From the sequence record OQ708376.1: a DNA stretch of 64,000 nt; one strand, given 5' to 3'. The translations under genes were made by a program, and so were the position numbers. Of the stretch, positions 10,124 through 20,054 are shown one piece after another. Position 1 is the stretch's first letter; every line of letters begins with the position of its first letter. The notes under the pieces are model-generated. The model saw only the letters and a program-made list of their open reading frames with translations, made no database searches and was not told the origin of the DNA.

Positions 10124-10149
10124 GACGTATCAGAATTCGGTGATATAAT
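10122..10149 (+). promoter_or_regulatory. variant of the GGGACA-N16-TATAAT promoter
   Basis: GAGACG-N16 with TGA+TATAAT (10144-10149). Confidence 0.5.
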
Positions 10150-10180
10150 TTGATTACATCACCAATAGGGAGAAGTTGAA

Positions 10181-10507
10181 GTGAATGGTTCGTTTTTAAC
10201 AATATTAGAAAAGACAACCGAGATGCTTTCTAGCTCGTTAATGCAGATTTTCAGTACTAATAATTTATACAATACCCAGGTGTTAGATTCAATTAATAAT
10301 AACTATGTGGTAAGTATATCTGATGAAATATGTCCATTTAACGCGTATTCAATTTATAGTGTAGAAGAGTTTCATATATCCGAGATTCGATGTGGTTTTG
10401 GTGCTTGGTTAGTTCTAAATGAACGTTCAGGGTTGTCTTTATACATCGAAGAAGTTAGTAAATTTATATACAAAGGAGTAGAATATGTTAACCCCAATTA
10501 TTCTTAG
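10181..10507 (+). CDS. hypothetical protein
   Basis: GGGAG upstream of GTG. Confidence 0.6.
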   Translation: MNGSFLTILEKTTEMLSSSLMQIFSTNNLYNTQVLDSINNNYVVSISDEICPFNAYSIYSVEEFHISEIRCGFGAWLVLNERSGLSLYIEEVSKFIYKGVEYVNPNYS

Positions 10508-11123
10508 CAGTGCATATGTAATCGGTATTATTATTTCTGGTATGCTTGCATATAACTATAACCGAAGTGTTCTAGGTTATGTAGTACTTGGTACAGTACT
10601 AAGTCCAGTGATTGCTATTGGTCTTCTTGTTATGCTAGGTGAGAAAAATACAAGCTTCTTTATTACTAAAGAACTTGATAAAATCACCCCAGCACCAGAA
10701 ACAGTTATTCCAGAAGTTAAAGAAGAAGTTAAAGAAGTTAAAGAAGTTGAAGTGCAAATGCAAGTTAAAGTGTATAATACACTTGAAGAAACTGACCCTA
10801 AAGTTGTAGTGAATGTAGTTCCAGTCGTTGAAGAGGTGAAACCAAAAGCTCCTAAAGTACAGAAAAATACTAAAACTGCAAAGAAAGCTCGTTACACTAA
10901 AGGTAAGAACAAAGGTAAATCTAAGGATGAACCACAACTAGGTGTTCATGACCATACTGCACAAATTGCAACGGCAGCGACCGCAGCAGCAATCGTAACA
11001 TCACCAATCTACAACAATGATGATTACAGTGATTATAGCCGTCACAGCAGTTCTTCCTCTGATTCTTGTTCCTATGATAGCTCTAGTTCTGATTCAAGTT
11101 CATCTTCTGGAAGTTGTGATTAA
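10485..11123 (+). CDS. membrane protein with long disordered, Ser-rich C-terminus
   Basis: Two N-terminal hydrophobic helices, VKE repeats, Lys-rich linker, SSSSSDSCSYDSSSSDSSSSSGSCD tail; AAGGAG upstream. Confidence 0.8.
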   Translation: MLTPIILSSAYVIGIIISGMLAYNYNRSVLGYVVLGTVLSPVIAIGLLVMLGEKNTSFFITKELDKITPAPETVIPEVKEEVKEVKEVEVQMQVKVYNTLEETDPKVVVNVVPVVEEVKPKAPKVQKNTKTAKKARYTKGKNKGKSKDEPQLGVHDHTAQIATAATAAAIVTSPIYNNDDYSDYSRHSSSSSDSCSYDSSSSDSSSSSGSCD

Positions 11124-11452
11124 TGTCAATGAAACCACTAATTCAACATAATATTTTTTATAGGTCATTATTCAAAATTCAAGATGATTTTTATCAGACG
11201 TTGAGTAATGTTCTTATAGGTAAAACTGTACGATATTCGGAACAATACATCAAACGTATGACAAGTCAGTATATTGACCCTGAATACGAATACGACATTG
11301 AACACATTAATCCCAATACTAGAATGAAAATCATTGAGATATTTAAGAATGGGAGAACTATAGGTGCTGAAATTGAGTACTTAAATTGTGATTGTTACAT
11401 AGATACAGAGTTGAGTTTGGATTATCTTGTTTTAGTGGATGATGAGGAATAA
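11123..11452 (+). CDS. hypothetical protein
   Basis: TAATG overlap. Confidence 0.65.
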   Translation: MSMKPLIQHNIFYRSLFKIQDDFYQTLSNVLIGKTVRYSEQYIKRMTSQYIDPEYEYDIEHINPNTRMKIIEIFKNGRTIGAEIEYLNCDCYIDTELSLDYLVLVDDEE

Positions 11453-11454
11453 TT

Positions 11455-11670
11455 ATGATAACATTTTTCGCAATATATGGATTTGTAGCATTTGTTACAT
11501 TTATAACCAACTTTCTAGTACTTAATTGGGGTTGTTTTAAAGATGAAATCATGATTATCATGAATCTCCAAACAGCAGCACTGATGGCTATTATTTGGCC
11601 TGTAACGTTAGTATATATTTTTATTTCACTTACCCAAGATATTATTAACAAATATAAGAGAAAGAAATAA
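11455..11670 (+). CDS. small two-helix membrane protein
   Basis: Hydrophobic; AIIWPVTLV motif; GAGGA upstream. Confidence 0.7.
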   Translation: MITFFAIYGFVAFVTFITNFLVLNWGCFKDEIMIIMNLQTAALMAIIWPVTLVYIFISLTQDIINKYKRKK

Positions 11671-11921
11671 TGTTCAACAACGACTTATCACATTTGCGAT
11701 ATCTTATGTCTTTGGCTGATGATTTTATAAATGATCTGAAGCCAAAATATATTGGTCAAGAAGTACGATTAATAAACTCCAGAGGGTATGGAAAGTATAT
11801 TATTACTGATATGTATATTAGTGGTGGTGAATGGCGTTTTAAAATTAATACTTATCTTAAAGATGGTTCTTTTGCTGGAACACAAGTTACTAAACACACT
11901 AATATTATATGGTTGGAGTAA
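11670..11921 (+). CDS. hypothetical protein
   Basis: TAATG overlap. Confidence 0.65.
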   Translation: MFNNDLSHLRYLMSLADDFINDLKPKYIGQEVRLINSRGYGKYIITDMYISGGEWRFKINTYLKDGSFAGTQVTKHTNIIWLE

Positions 11922-11923
11922 TA

Positions 11924-12667
11924 ATGAAACATTTCTTAGAAGTAACCGTACCTGATGATAAAGATTTATACATTGTAGGTGATTTGCATGGTAATGGTAA
12001 ACTATGGGATGCTACAGTGAAAGAATTTGGTATTACACACAATGATTATGTTTTCAGTGTAGGTGATATTATCGACCGTGGAGAACAAAATTCAAAGCTC
12101 CTTTTTGAATTTTTGTTCGGAGAAAATCGTTACATGATTGCGGGTAATCATGAGATGATGTGCGTTGATTCGGAAACACTTCGAGATTGGTATCATTGTT
12201 GGATAAGTAATGGTGGTGATAAATTCCTTGATGAAGTTGGAGGAACAGGTATTCAATTCTTTCGTCAGTACTTGAAAGATCTCCCTATGATTATCCAAAT
12301 CAATCACCGAGGATTGAAGATTGGGTTAGTTCATGCTGGAGTTCCGTTGGAATATACAACATGGGAACGATTTGTTAATGGGACAAAATCACTTAGTGCT
12401 GATATAATTGATAAGTGCTTGTGGGATAGAAAAACATTCGATTATTGTAGAACTAATAATACATATTATGCACCTAAGTTAGATGGAGTGCATTGTGTCT
12501 TTAGTGGACATACAGCAGTTACAGACCCACTCATTTACGGTAATCGCATTTGGATTGATAGTCAGTTCTTGACGGGTGACTTAACTCTCGCTACTCCACA
12601 AAGTGGTGGAATGAGATACTTACGTAAAGAAAAAGATGAGTACTCATTCAATCGTTTCAAAAGGTAA
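11924..12667 (+). CDS. calcineurin-like Ser/Thr phosphatase (lambda NinI/PrpA-like)
   Basis: GDLHG, GDIIDRG, GNHE, HAG, GHT motifs; GGAG upstream of ATG 11924. Confidence 0.9.
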   Translation: MKHFLEVTVPDDKDLYIVGDLHGNGKLWDATVKEFGITHNDYVFSVGDIIDRGEQNSKLLFEFLFGENRYMIAGNHEMMCVDSETLRDWYHCWISNGGDKFLDEVGGTGIQFFRQYLKDLPMIIQINHRGLKIGLVHAGVPLEYTTWERFVNGTKSLSADIIDKCLWDRKTFDYCRTNNTYYAPKLDGVHCVFSGHTAVTDPLIYGNRIWIDSQFLTGDLTLATPQSGGMRYLRKEKDEYSFNRFKR

Positions 12668-12672
12668 TAATT

Positions 12673-12942
12673 ATGCATGATGTAGTTAAAAAATATTTGA
12701 ATGATAGATATATTATGAAAAAATCTATTAATTCTATCCTAAAAGACCATGCTAATCAAATACGTGAGATTCTATCAAATAAACTTATTGGTTGTTCAGT
12801 TGAGTTCAACTACAAAAAGAATGTCGTGAAGATTGGAGTTATTAAACGTGTAGTTGCTGTTTATGACCAAAATGTATATGTTGAAATTGAATATGATGGT
12901 AAATTATCACAATTAAGTACTGAAGATTTAACATTTTTATAA
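12673..12942 (+). CDS. hypothetical protein
   Basis: Packed + strand ORF. Confidence 0.65.
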   Translation: MHDVVKKYLNDRYIMKKSINSILKDHANQIREILSNKLIGCSVEFNYKKNVVKIGVIKRVVAVYDQNVYVEIEYDGKLSQLSTEDLTFL

Positions 12943-12952
12943 GGAAATAGAA

Positions 12953-13180
12953 ATGAAAGTAATTCAAGTTATGGTAGAAAAATACCAAACTGAAGATGGT
13001 CGTATTTTTGATTCAGCTAAACAAGCTGAACACCATGAACGTATTATTTCGGGTGCACGTAAAGTATGTCCTACATGTAATGGAACACAACAAGTACCGT
13101 CAGAAGATTACCGCAGCTTTTATGCTTGTCCACACTGTGATGGGAAAGGCTACGTAGAAAAACAAGAGGTATGGAAATGA
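12953..13180 (+). CDS. small DnaJ-type zinc-finger protein
   Basis: CPTCNGT and CPHCDGKG. Confidence 0.75.
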   Translation: MKVIQVMVEKYQTEDGRIFDSAKQAEHHERIISGARKVCPTCNGTQQVPSEDYRSFYACPHCDGKGYVEKQEVWK

Positions 13181-13590
13181 AATTGTATTGTTTAACTAAT
13201 ATGTACTGCCAAGGTGTCCAAGCTGGTATTCAAGCATTCCATGCTGGTGTTAAACTAATTAAAGAATATGAAGGTACTGCTTTCAGTACTATTATTGATG
13301 AATGGTACTATGAACACGAAACTATTGTAGTACTAAATGCTGGTGGACATGATAAGTTAAATTTTTATTATAACAACCTTAGCAAACAGGGAAAAGTTCC
13401 GTTTGCCAAATTCAATGAAGCTGGATTGAATGATGCTATTACCTGTGTAGCAGTACTGTGTACGTCTGAAATGATTGAAGACATGGCTGTTATGCGTATG
13501 AATCTTCCTGCTGGTGATCAACTAATGCAAGTAAAATATGGTGCATTGTTTGACACATTAAAAGCAATCAGCACAATGAGGACTATTTGA
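13177..13590 (+). CDS. PTH2-superfamily peptidyl-tRNA hydrolase-like protein
   Basis: GIQAFHA, W..EHETIVVLNAG, F.EAGL..AITCVAV pattern of phage Pth2-like proteins. Confidence 0.6.
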   Translation: MKLYCLTNMYCQGVQAGIQAFHAGVKLIKEYEGTAFSTIIDEWYYEHETIVVLNAGGHDKLNFYYNNLSKQGKVPFAKFNEAGLNDAITCVAVLCTSEMIEDMAVMRMNLPAGDQLMQVKYGALFDTLKAISTMRTI

Positions 13591-14789
13591 TGGATTTTCC
13601 AGAGAAGTTATTTGTTGCACGTTCCTATGTAAACCACAACCAAGTTGATGGTTTTATTATCGATGCAACAAAATCACATACAAAAGCGTTTGAAACAAAG
13701 AAAGAGAGAGCAGAGTACTGGGCAAAGAAGAACAATCTTCCATCGTTATATATTGACAACGTTCCAACTACGGGATTTTGTGTAGTTGATAAATTAACAA
13801 CTCATGCACGAGAAACATATTTCACGATCCGTCACCCAGAAGGATTTGAATTTATGATTAGTGCCAAAAACATGAATGATTTAATTATCAATAACGATAT
13901 AATCAAAGGTGTTTTTGTAGACCCAATGTTTTTCAACAATAACTTAGAATTAATTAATGGTAAAACAAAAACGTTTGCTAAGTTAGTTGAAAAAGAAAAT
14001 AAAAAAGAACAACAAAAAGAAACTGTAGCAGGTCTTAAAGTTGGTGATGGTTTCACTTATCTCAAAGAAGATTACTATTACTGCGGTAAAGTTCATGCAA
14101 TTTGTATAAAGAAAACTAAAGAATTTGCATACCCCGACAAAAGTTCTGTTTATCATTTACTTTTCAACAGTACTCGTGGAACTTATGCATTGAATCAACG
14201 TTTGGATAATTACAATCTGGAACCTCGTGCACTCTTGAATAAGAAGACTACGGCAGATGAAGAAATTAAACTTGCTAATGATTTTTGGCAAAGCTATAGA
14301 ACAAACAGACATAACCCATTAGGTGAATCTAACATTCCAGTACTGGTACACAATAAATCATTTAAAGCAAAAGACCTAAAAATTAAATATGAAGAAATAA
14401 ATGTTGATGATCTTATGAATAATGGACGTTTCAACGAGAACGTACCATTTATGACTAAAGATAATGAACAAACATATCGCGTATTTTTTGGTGTAAGTAA
14501 TAATACAACGCGTAGTTATTATGGGCGTAGTGGAGATTATAATATCCATTATAATGATAAATTTGAACGCTTTAGTGCATATCCAGTTCAAATTGATGAT
14601 AATGGGATTATGGTAATGGATGTTGATATTAATGAACACTCATCATTTAGTACATGGAATGGCTATCGTTCCCCATTCTTCCCACCAAATGAACGCAAAA
14701 CATCAAGTTCTCGTTACTACCAAGATAAGCCGTGTCACGTTCAACTATCAATTAGTAATCCACTTTATATTGGAAAGTATTATCTATAA
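13587..14789 (+). CDS. hypothetical protein (400 aa)
   Basis: Long ORF; no motif recognised. Confidence 0.8.
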   Translation: MMDFPEKLFVARSYVNHNQVDGFIIDATKSHTKAFETKKERAEYWAKKNNLPSLYIDNVPTTGFCVVDKLTTHARETYFTIRHPEGFEFMISAKNMNDLIINNDIIKGVFVDPMFFNNNLELINGKTKTFAKLVEKENKKEQQKETVAGLKVGDGFTYLKEDYYYCGKVHAICIKKTKEFAYPDKSSVYHLLFNSTRGTYALNQRLDNYNLEPRALLNKKTTADEEIKLANDFWQSYRTNRHNPLGESNIPVLVHNKSFKAKDLKIKYEEINVDDLMNNGRFNENVPFMTKDNEQTYRVFFGVSNNTTRSYYGRSGDYNIHYNDKFERFSAYPVQIDDNGIMVMDVDINEHSSFSTWNGYRSPFFPPNERKTSSSRYYQDKPCHVQLSISNPLYIGKYYL

Positions 14790-14800
14790 AGGAATATACA

Positions 14801-16219
14801 ATGAGCATTTTAGCAATTCTTGAAAGCATTAAAAATACTAGCAGTACACTAGGCAAAAAAGCTATTCTTGAACAAAATAAAGATAATGTAACTTTACAAA
14901 AAGTACTGAAATATACTCTAGACCCTTCTATCGTTAGTGGCTATAAGAAGCTCCCTGCCGCTGATGACGTATATCAACATATGACGTTAGATGAAGCAAT
15001 TGATAAGCTAGAATGCATTTACAAGCGTGATGTGACAGGAAATGCGGGGCGTGATTTCATTGCTTCAGTACTGGGTTCTGTATCTGAAGATGATCAGGAA
15101 GTTCTCCGTAAAATGCTTACTAAAAACCTTGATTGTGGTATTCAAGAAAAGAACTGCAATGATGTATTTGGTAAAGGCTTTATTAAAGACGAACCATATA
15201 TGCGTTGTTCTTTGATTGACAAAAAGACTGCAAAGAACATCAACTTCAAAGATTATGGTTACGCTATATCAGAAGTGAAAATGGATGGTCAGTACTTGAA
15301 CCACGTTGTTATTAATGGTTCATTAACTTCTACATCCCGTAATGGTAAACTATACGACTTCCTGGGTTGTCGTGATGGTGAGATGGCAGGTCTTGCTCAC
15401 ATCATCCAAAGTAAAGATGAACGTTTTAGTAGTGGTGTGGTCTTTATGGGGGAAGGTGTAGTACTGGACAATGATGGGGAAACCATTCTCCCACGCACTA
15501 CTGGCAACGGTATAATTCAGAAAGCTGGTAAAGATAGCATCAGTCAGAATGAAGCAATGCGTACTGTATTCGTTCTATGGGATGTTGTTCCATATGATGC
15601 ATTTTGTGAAGGTGTATGGGATGTAAAACGTAAAGAACGTCGCGAGATCTTAGTAGATGCAATTAACGAACTCAATAGTGATTTTGTTCGTATGGTTGGA
15701 TTCCGTAAAGTTCTAAACATCAAAGAAGCATTTGAGTACAATAGTGAACTAATGAACGAAGGTGAAGAGGGTTCAGTACTGAAATGTGAAGATGGTATCT
15801 GGAAATCTCACACTTCTCCGAAGCAGTTGAAAATGAAATTGAAAATGCAACTAGACTTGCGTATTGTTGGTTTCAATGAAGGTGAAGGTAAACGTAAAGG
15901 AAGCCTAGGTTCTTTACAACTGGAAAGTGCTTGTGGTTCATTGAAAGTTAATGTGGGTACTGGTATCAAAGAGAAAGATGCTGAATGGACATTTAAAACC
16001 ATTTGGGAAAGAATGCAAGAACTTATTGGTAAAGTGGTTACAGTTGAGTGTAATGACATTGTATTCGAGAAGCGTACTGGTGAGCCATCACTGTTCTTAC
16101 CAGTGTTTATTGAATTTAGATTTGACAAAAACACTTGTGACGACTATACTCGTATTTTAGAAATTCGTGATAGTGCTGTTGAGGTGTTCTCAAACAGTAT
16201 CATTGAATCACTTGGCTAA
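14801..16219 (+). CDS. ATP-dependent DNA ligase (T4 gp30-like)
   Basis: Motif I EVKMDG, SRNGK, motif III GEG, WDV, EGSVLK, K.K, OB fold GSL...VNVGTG, FLPVF..FR.DK. Confidence 0.95.
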   Translation: MSILAILESIKNTSSTLGKKAILEQNKDNVTLQKVLKYTLDPSIVSGYKKLPAADDVYQHMTLDEAIDKLECIYKRDVTGNAGRDFIASVLGSVSEDDQEVLRKMLTKNLDCGIQEKNCNDVFGKGFIKDEPYMRCSLIDKKTAKNINFKDYGYAISEVKMDGQYLNHVVINGSLTSTSRNGKLYDFLGCRDGEMAGLAHIIQSKDERFSSGVVFMGEGVVLDNDGETILPRTTGNGIIQKAGKDSISQNEAMRTVFVLWDVVPYDAFCEGVWDVKRKERREILVDAINELNSDFVRMVGFRKVLNIKEAFEYNSELMNEGEEGSVLKCEDGIWKSHTSPKQLKMKLKMQLDLRIVGFNEGEGKRKGSLGSLQLESACGSLKVNVGTGIKEKDAEWTFKTIWERMQELIGKVVTVECNDIVFEKRTGEPSLFLPVFIEFRFDKNTCDDYTRILEIRDSAVEVFSNSIIESLG

Positions 16220-16238
16220 ACACTTATAGGAGGTAATT

Positions 16239-17030
16239 ATGAAATTTGTTGTAACGTCTGACGTACACGGTGGTACTGATTACCTCCATAGTGGTGATTA
16301 CAGTGATACAGTACTGATTATTGCTGGGGACTTCGATGAAGTTAAACGCAGTCGTTACCGTACTGGTATAGAATCACTATGTAAGCAGTTTAAGAATGTA
16401 GTACTGGTTCCTGGCAATCATGAATATTATGGTTCCAATATCCACAAAACGCATAAAGTACTGTCCGATATGCAAGATGAGATTCCTAATTTCATCTTTT
16501 TGCAAAACAAATTTGTATGGCTGGATGGAGTACTGCTTGTTGGTAGTACTCTGTGGACAGACTTCGATAAAGGTAATTCTTTGACGAAGTTTGATGCTCG
16601 TCTGAAGATGAACGATTACAAACATATCCGTCATGGAACAACATCAGAGCCTTGGCGTAAGAAACTGACACCAGATGATACTGAGTTTATGCATCACAAA
16701 GATAAACAATTTATCAAAAATTCTATTGACACAGTTCGCTTTATGCATGATAATGATTTCAAGGTCATCGTGGTTACCCATCACGCACCAAGTTATCAAA
16801 GTGTTTCACCAAAATATAAAAATGATTCACTGAATGGTTGTTACTGTTCCGATATGGATCAGTACATTGAAGATTTGGGTGCTGATGTTTGGATTCATGG
16901 TCATGTTCATAGTAGTTTTGACTACCACATTGGTAAGACACGTATCATTTGTAATCCACGAGGCTATGAATCATACAGTGGAGCTTGTGAGAATTTTGAT
17001 TACAATCCTAAATTTGTATTTGAAATTTAA
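16239..17030 (+). CDS. calcineurin-like metallophosphoesterase
   Basis: SDVH, AGD, PGNHEYY, THHAP, GHVH, NPRGY. Confidence 0.9.
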   Translation: MKFVVTSDVHGGTDYLHSGDYSDTVLIIAGDFDEVKRSRYRTGIESLCKQFKNVVLVPGNHEYYGSNIHKTHKVLSDMQDEIPNFIFLQNKFVWLDGVLLVGSTLWTDFDKGNSLTKFDARLKMNDYKHIRHGTTSEPWRKKLTPDDTEFMHHKDKQFIKNSIDTVRFMHDNDFKVIVVTHHAPSYQSVSPKYKNDSLNGCYCSDMDQYIEDLGADVWIHGHVHSSFDYHIGKTRIICNPRGYESYSGACENFDYNPKFVFEI

Positions 17031-17042
17031 TGAGAGGATATT

Positions 17043-17426
17043 GTGTCATTAATTTATTTTGAACTACCAGAATATACCAATTATCCAAGCCGAGTTATTT
17101 GCTCAGTTTATAGTAATGCATATCATCACTTGTTAGTGAATAGTAATAAAGCTGTGCATTATTATCGAAATAAAGAACCACGTACATTAAAGAATCGTTA
17201 TGGGTTTGACCCAACTAACACTGAAGTTGAACTCTGTGATCTGTTCGGGGAAGTAATGGTGGTGTTGAAACGAGATATTCATCTTTTCCATACATACAAA
17301 CTTAATCAGTACTTTATGGAAACACTGTCTATACGTTCCCATGCTCCGATGATTAAAGTTGATTTGAATTATGTTGATGATAAATTGAAATATGATTTCA
17401 TTAATTCACTTGTTTATTTGGAGTAA
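17043..17426 (+). CDS. hypothetical protein
   Basis: GAGGA upstream of GTG. Confidence 0.65.
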   Translation: MSLIYFELPEYTNYPSRVICSVYSNAYHHLLVNSNKAVHYYRNKEPRTLKNRYGFDPTNTEVELCDLFGEVMVVLKRDIHLFHTYKLNQYFMETLSIRSHAPMIKVDLNYVDDKLKYDFINSLVYLE

Positions 17427-17427
17427 T

Positions 17428-17832
17428 ATGAATATACGTTCAGTACGAATATTTTCATTTGTTGATATGAATAAAAAACACTCTTATGTGTTTGAAAATG
17501 TCAATAAGTTAAATCCTCATACGGCAAAAATGATTGAAACCATGAAGAACTTGAGTTTACATATAGAAGTTTACTATCTTCATGACGATTCTGTTTATGT
17601 ATATGATGATGGATGGTATGACGGTGTGTTTTATTATGACATTAGCACTACTGCTGATTACTACTTTCTAGTGAGTAATCCACTATTCAGTACTAAAACT
17701 TTGTTTGACATTACCGATACAAGCGTGTATGATACAAGTCATGTTGAGTTACTTAAGTTTGATCCAGTATTATTCAACAAAGAGACGGCGTATTGGATGA
17801 CTGATTTCTTTTCAAATATTCCAGTAAAATAG
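17428..17832 (+). CDS. hypothetical protein
   Basis: GGAG upstream of in-frame ATG 17428. Confidence 0.65.
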   Translation: MNIRSVRIFSFVDMNKKHSYVFENVNKLNPHTAKMIETMKNLSLHIEVYYLHDDSVYVYDDGWYDGVFYYDISTTADYYFLVSNPLFSTKTLFDITDTSVYDTSHVELLKFDPVLFNKETAYWMTDFFSNIPVK

Positions 17833-17834
17833 TT

Positions 17835-17862
17835 TGGACATTTTAAATCTTAGTGATATAAT
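17835..17862 (+). promoter_or_regulatory. promoter, TGGACA-N16-TATAAT (extended -10)
   Basis: TGGACA 17835-17840, TGA+TATAAT 17857-17862, upstream of clpP. Confidence 0.7.
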
Positions 17863-17896
17863 ACTCACAACAACGAAATAATAGAGGAAATTAATA

Positions 17897-18592
17897 ATGG
17901 TTGAACAATTCATGTTTGGTGGTTATGCTAATGGCGAAGTACGTAACATTTCTATTCCTTACGTAGTTGAGAAAGTTAATGGTTCAGAACGTACATATGA
18001 TCTAGCATCTCGTATGATGCAAGACCGTATCATTTTCCTTGATACTGATTTCAATGATCAAATGGCACATATCATCAAACAACAATTGGTATGGTTAGAC
18101 TCACAAGGTGATTCCCCTATTACATTCTACATTAGTTCACCGGGTGGTTCAGTACACGCAGGTTTGGGTATTGCAGATGTTGCTAAGTCTTGTATTTCCC
18201 CAATTCGCACTGTAGTTATGGGTTATGCAGCATCAATGGGTTGCTATACACAATCTGTTATTGGGACTAAAGGTTTCCGTTTAGGTGGTAAACGCTCATA
18301 CTTCATGTGTCACCAAGTAAGTTCTGGTACACAAGGTCTAATTACAGACCAGAAGATTTCCCTACAACATTCTGATGCACTGAATACATTGTTGACCAAA
18401 GAAATTGCAGAAGCTGTAGGTGTATCACATGAACAATTACTAAAAGATGCTGACCGCGATTTGTGGTTAAATGCAGAAGAAGCACTTGAATATGGTGAAC
18501 ATGGTTTCATTGATGGTATTATTCTTGGACCACGTAACGAAGAAGGTAAGTACTTAGTTAAGCGTCGCGGCGGTGTAGAAGAGTGGGTGTAA
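17897..18592 (+). CDS. clpP: ClpP protease proteolytic subunit
   Basis: IPYVVE, DRIIFL, ISSPGGSV, catalytic Ser in YAASMG, His in FMCHQ, Asp in DRDLWL; EALEYG..FID. Confidence 0.93.
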   Translation: MVEQFMFGGYANGEVRNISIPYVVEKVNGSERTYDLASRMMQDRIIFLDTDFNDQMAHIIKQQLVWLDSQGDSPITFYISSPGGSVHAGLGIADVAKSCISPIRTVVMGYAASMGCYTQSVIGTKGFRLGGKRSYFMCHQVSSGTQGLITDQKISLQHSDALNTLLTKEIAEAVGVSHEQLLKDADRDLWLNAEEALEYGEHGFIDGIILGPRNEEGKYLVKRRGGVEEWV

Positions 18593-18640
18593 GATAGATT
18601 GTGATGCCTCAATATGGGGCATCATCTTTGTGGAGATTAT

Positions 18641-18931
18641 ATGAAAGTACTAGTACGTAATAATACGGAAGTAGCAAATGTATTAGAAGATTCCGATTTT
18701 ATTAATGTTGCGTTCGATCAAATTAGTGCAGTAGCACTTGAATTAAAAAATGTAGATGAATCTGAGCGTGTGCTGAATGGTTTTGCAATTGTACTTGAAT
18801 TAATGAAGGAAGTACTAATTAAAAAGAACATTAATCCAGTTGATGCGGTTCAACATGCAGAAGCTGTGCGTAAAGAACACGGTACATTCTCTGACAAAAA
18901 ATACATTCAAACTGATGAGGTAAAAGAATAA
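18641..18931 (+). CDS. hypothetical protein, possibly a degenerate MazG-like NTP pyrophosphohydrolase
   Basis: C-terminal VLEL...RKEHGTFSDKKY resembles the E.ADVLEV...K.EERGGF family; acidic motif eroded. Confidence 0.45.
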   Translation: MKVLVRNNTEVANVLEDSDFINVAFDQISAVALELKNVDESERVLNGFAIVLELMKEVLIKKNINPVDAVQHAEAVRKEHGTFSDKKYIQTDEVKE

Positions 18932-18932
18932 T

Positions 18933-19379
18933 ATGTCCAATGCACAATATAAAGATGGTTATGACGCATACAAAGCAAAAGTAGTTCTAAGTGCTGAACA
19001 GCTAAAAATGCAGCATCCATTATATCGTCAGGGCTATCGTGCAGCACAAGCAGAAGCAATGAAGAAAAATAATGTAACTTTCCCTACTACACTATATGAT
19101 ATTCCAAAACGTCCACACATTTTTAAAGCTGAATGGACTGATATTATGGCAGCGACAAAGCGTCCACGCTTTGCTAAATTACACACCGATGAAGGTCGCT
19201 GGTTGCTAATGGGGATTATGAAAGCAGTTGAGAATCAATCTCATAAGATTGTTCGTTATAAAGATGTTGTTGCTATGGTTGATAAAGCATTTGACCTTGT
19301 ACTTCAATATGGTTATGATGAAGGTGTTCTAACTGTCGCTGATTGTGAAAAATATCAGTACACCCCATATCAAAAATAA
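18933..19379 (+). CDS. hypothetical protein
   Basis: Packed + strand ORF. Confidence 0.75.
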   Translation: MSNAQYKDGYDAYKAKVVLSAEQLKMQHPLYRQGYRAAQAEAMKKNNVTFPTTLYDIPKRPHIFKAEWTDIMAATKRPRFAKLHTDEGRWLLMGIMKAVENQSHKIVRYKDVVAMVDKAFDLVLQYGYDEGVLTVADCEKYQYTPYQK

Positions 19380-19388
19380 TATTGTGAA

Positions 19389-19418
19389 AAGGAATCCTAT
19401 CATGGGATTCCTATTTTT
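19389..19418 (+). terminator. intrinsic terminator
   Basis: AGGAATCCTA-tca-TGGGATTCCT then ATTTTT. Confidence 0.7.
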
Positions 19419-19499
19419 ATTGCTGTATATCAATTTTCCATTGATCATATTTTGATCTATATGAGCTAAATACCCAAGGAATCATTGTTACTAGGGTAG

Positions 19500-20054
19500 G
19501 TGAATATGCAGCAATATAATTTAACTGAAGAACAAAGTGATATTTTTTACCATCATATGTTTTTAATTGATGAATTTGCTTTAAAAATTAATTCCGAAGC
19601 AATTGATATATTGAAGAAATGGTATAGTTGTTATAATAAAAACAAAAAGTGGTATTGGTTTAATAGAAATATAAAATCATTTCTAAAAACAATCACATAC
19701 ACTGATAGTATTGAGTTAATACATAGTTCTATTGGATATAGTTACTTAACTAAACACAACAGTACTATGATGTTATCAGGGTTTAAAGTTGAAAGAATTT
19801 CCAAGTTAACAGGTTTGTCATTAGAAACAATTCTATATGATATTGAGAAAATTTGGAAAACTATAGAATTAATGCATAAAAATATGTCATTCATATATAG
19901 AAATTATGATATATTCACTGATGTACGACAATATCATAATAAACCGTATGTATTGGATGAAAAGTACTATAATCATATGGAAGTTTGTTCTAAACTCGTT
20001 GATGATTGGAATCTAGAGGGACATAATGAAATACACACACCTAAGTATAGATGA
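19500..20054 (+). CDS. hypothetical protein
   Basis: 184 aa; start GTG 19500 or ATG 19506. Confidence 0.7.
   Translation: MNMQQYNLTEEQSDIFYHHMFLIDEFALKINSEAIDILKKWYSCYNKNKKWYWFNRNIKSFLKTITYTDSIELIHSSIGYSYLTKHNSTMMLSGFKVERISKLTGLSLETILYDIEKIWKTIELMHKNMSFIYRNYDIFTDVRQYHNKPYVLDEKYYNHMEVCSKLVDDWNLEGHNEIHTPKYR

Noticed and set aside
19430-19470. FNR-like TTGAT words in the 19380-19500 intergenic region
   Set aside because: The best match, TTGAT-CTAT-ATGAG, has two mismatches and no properly spaced -10.
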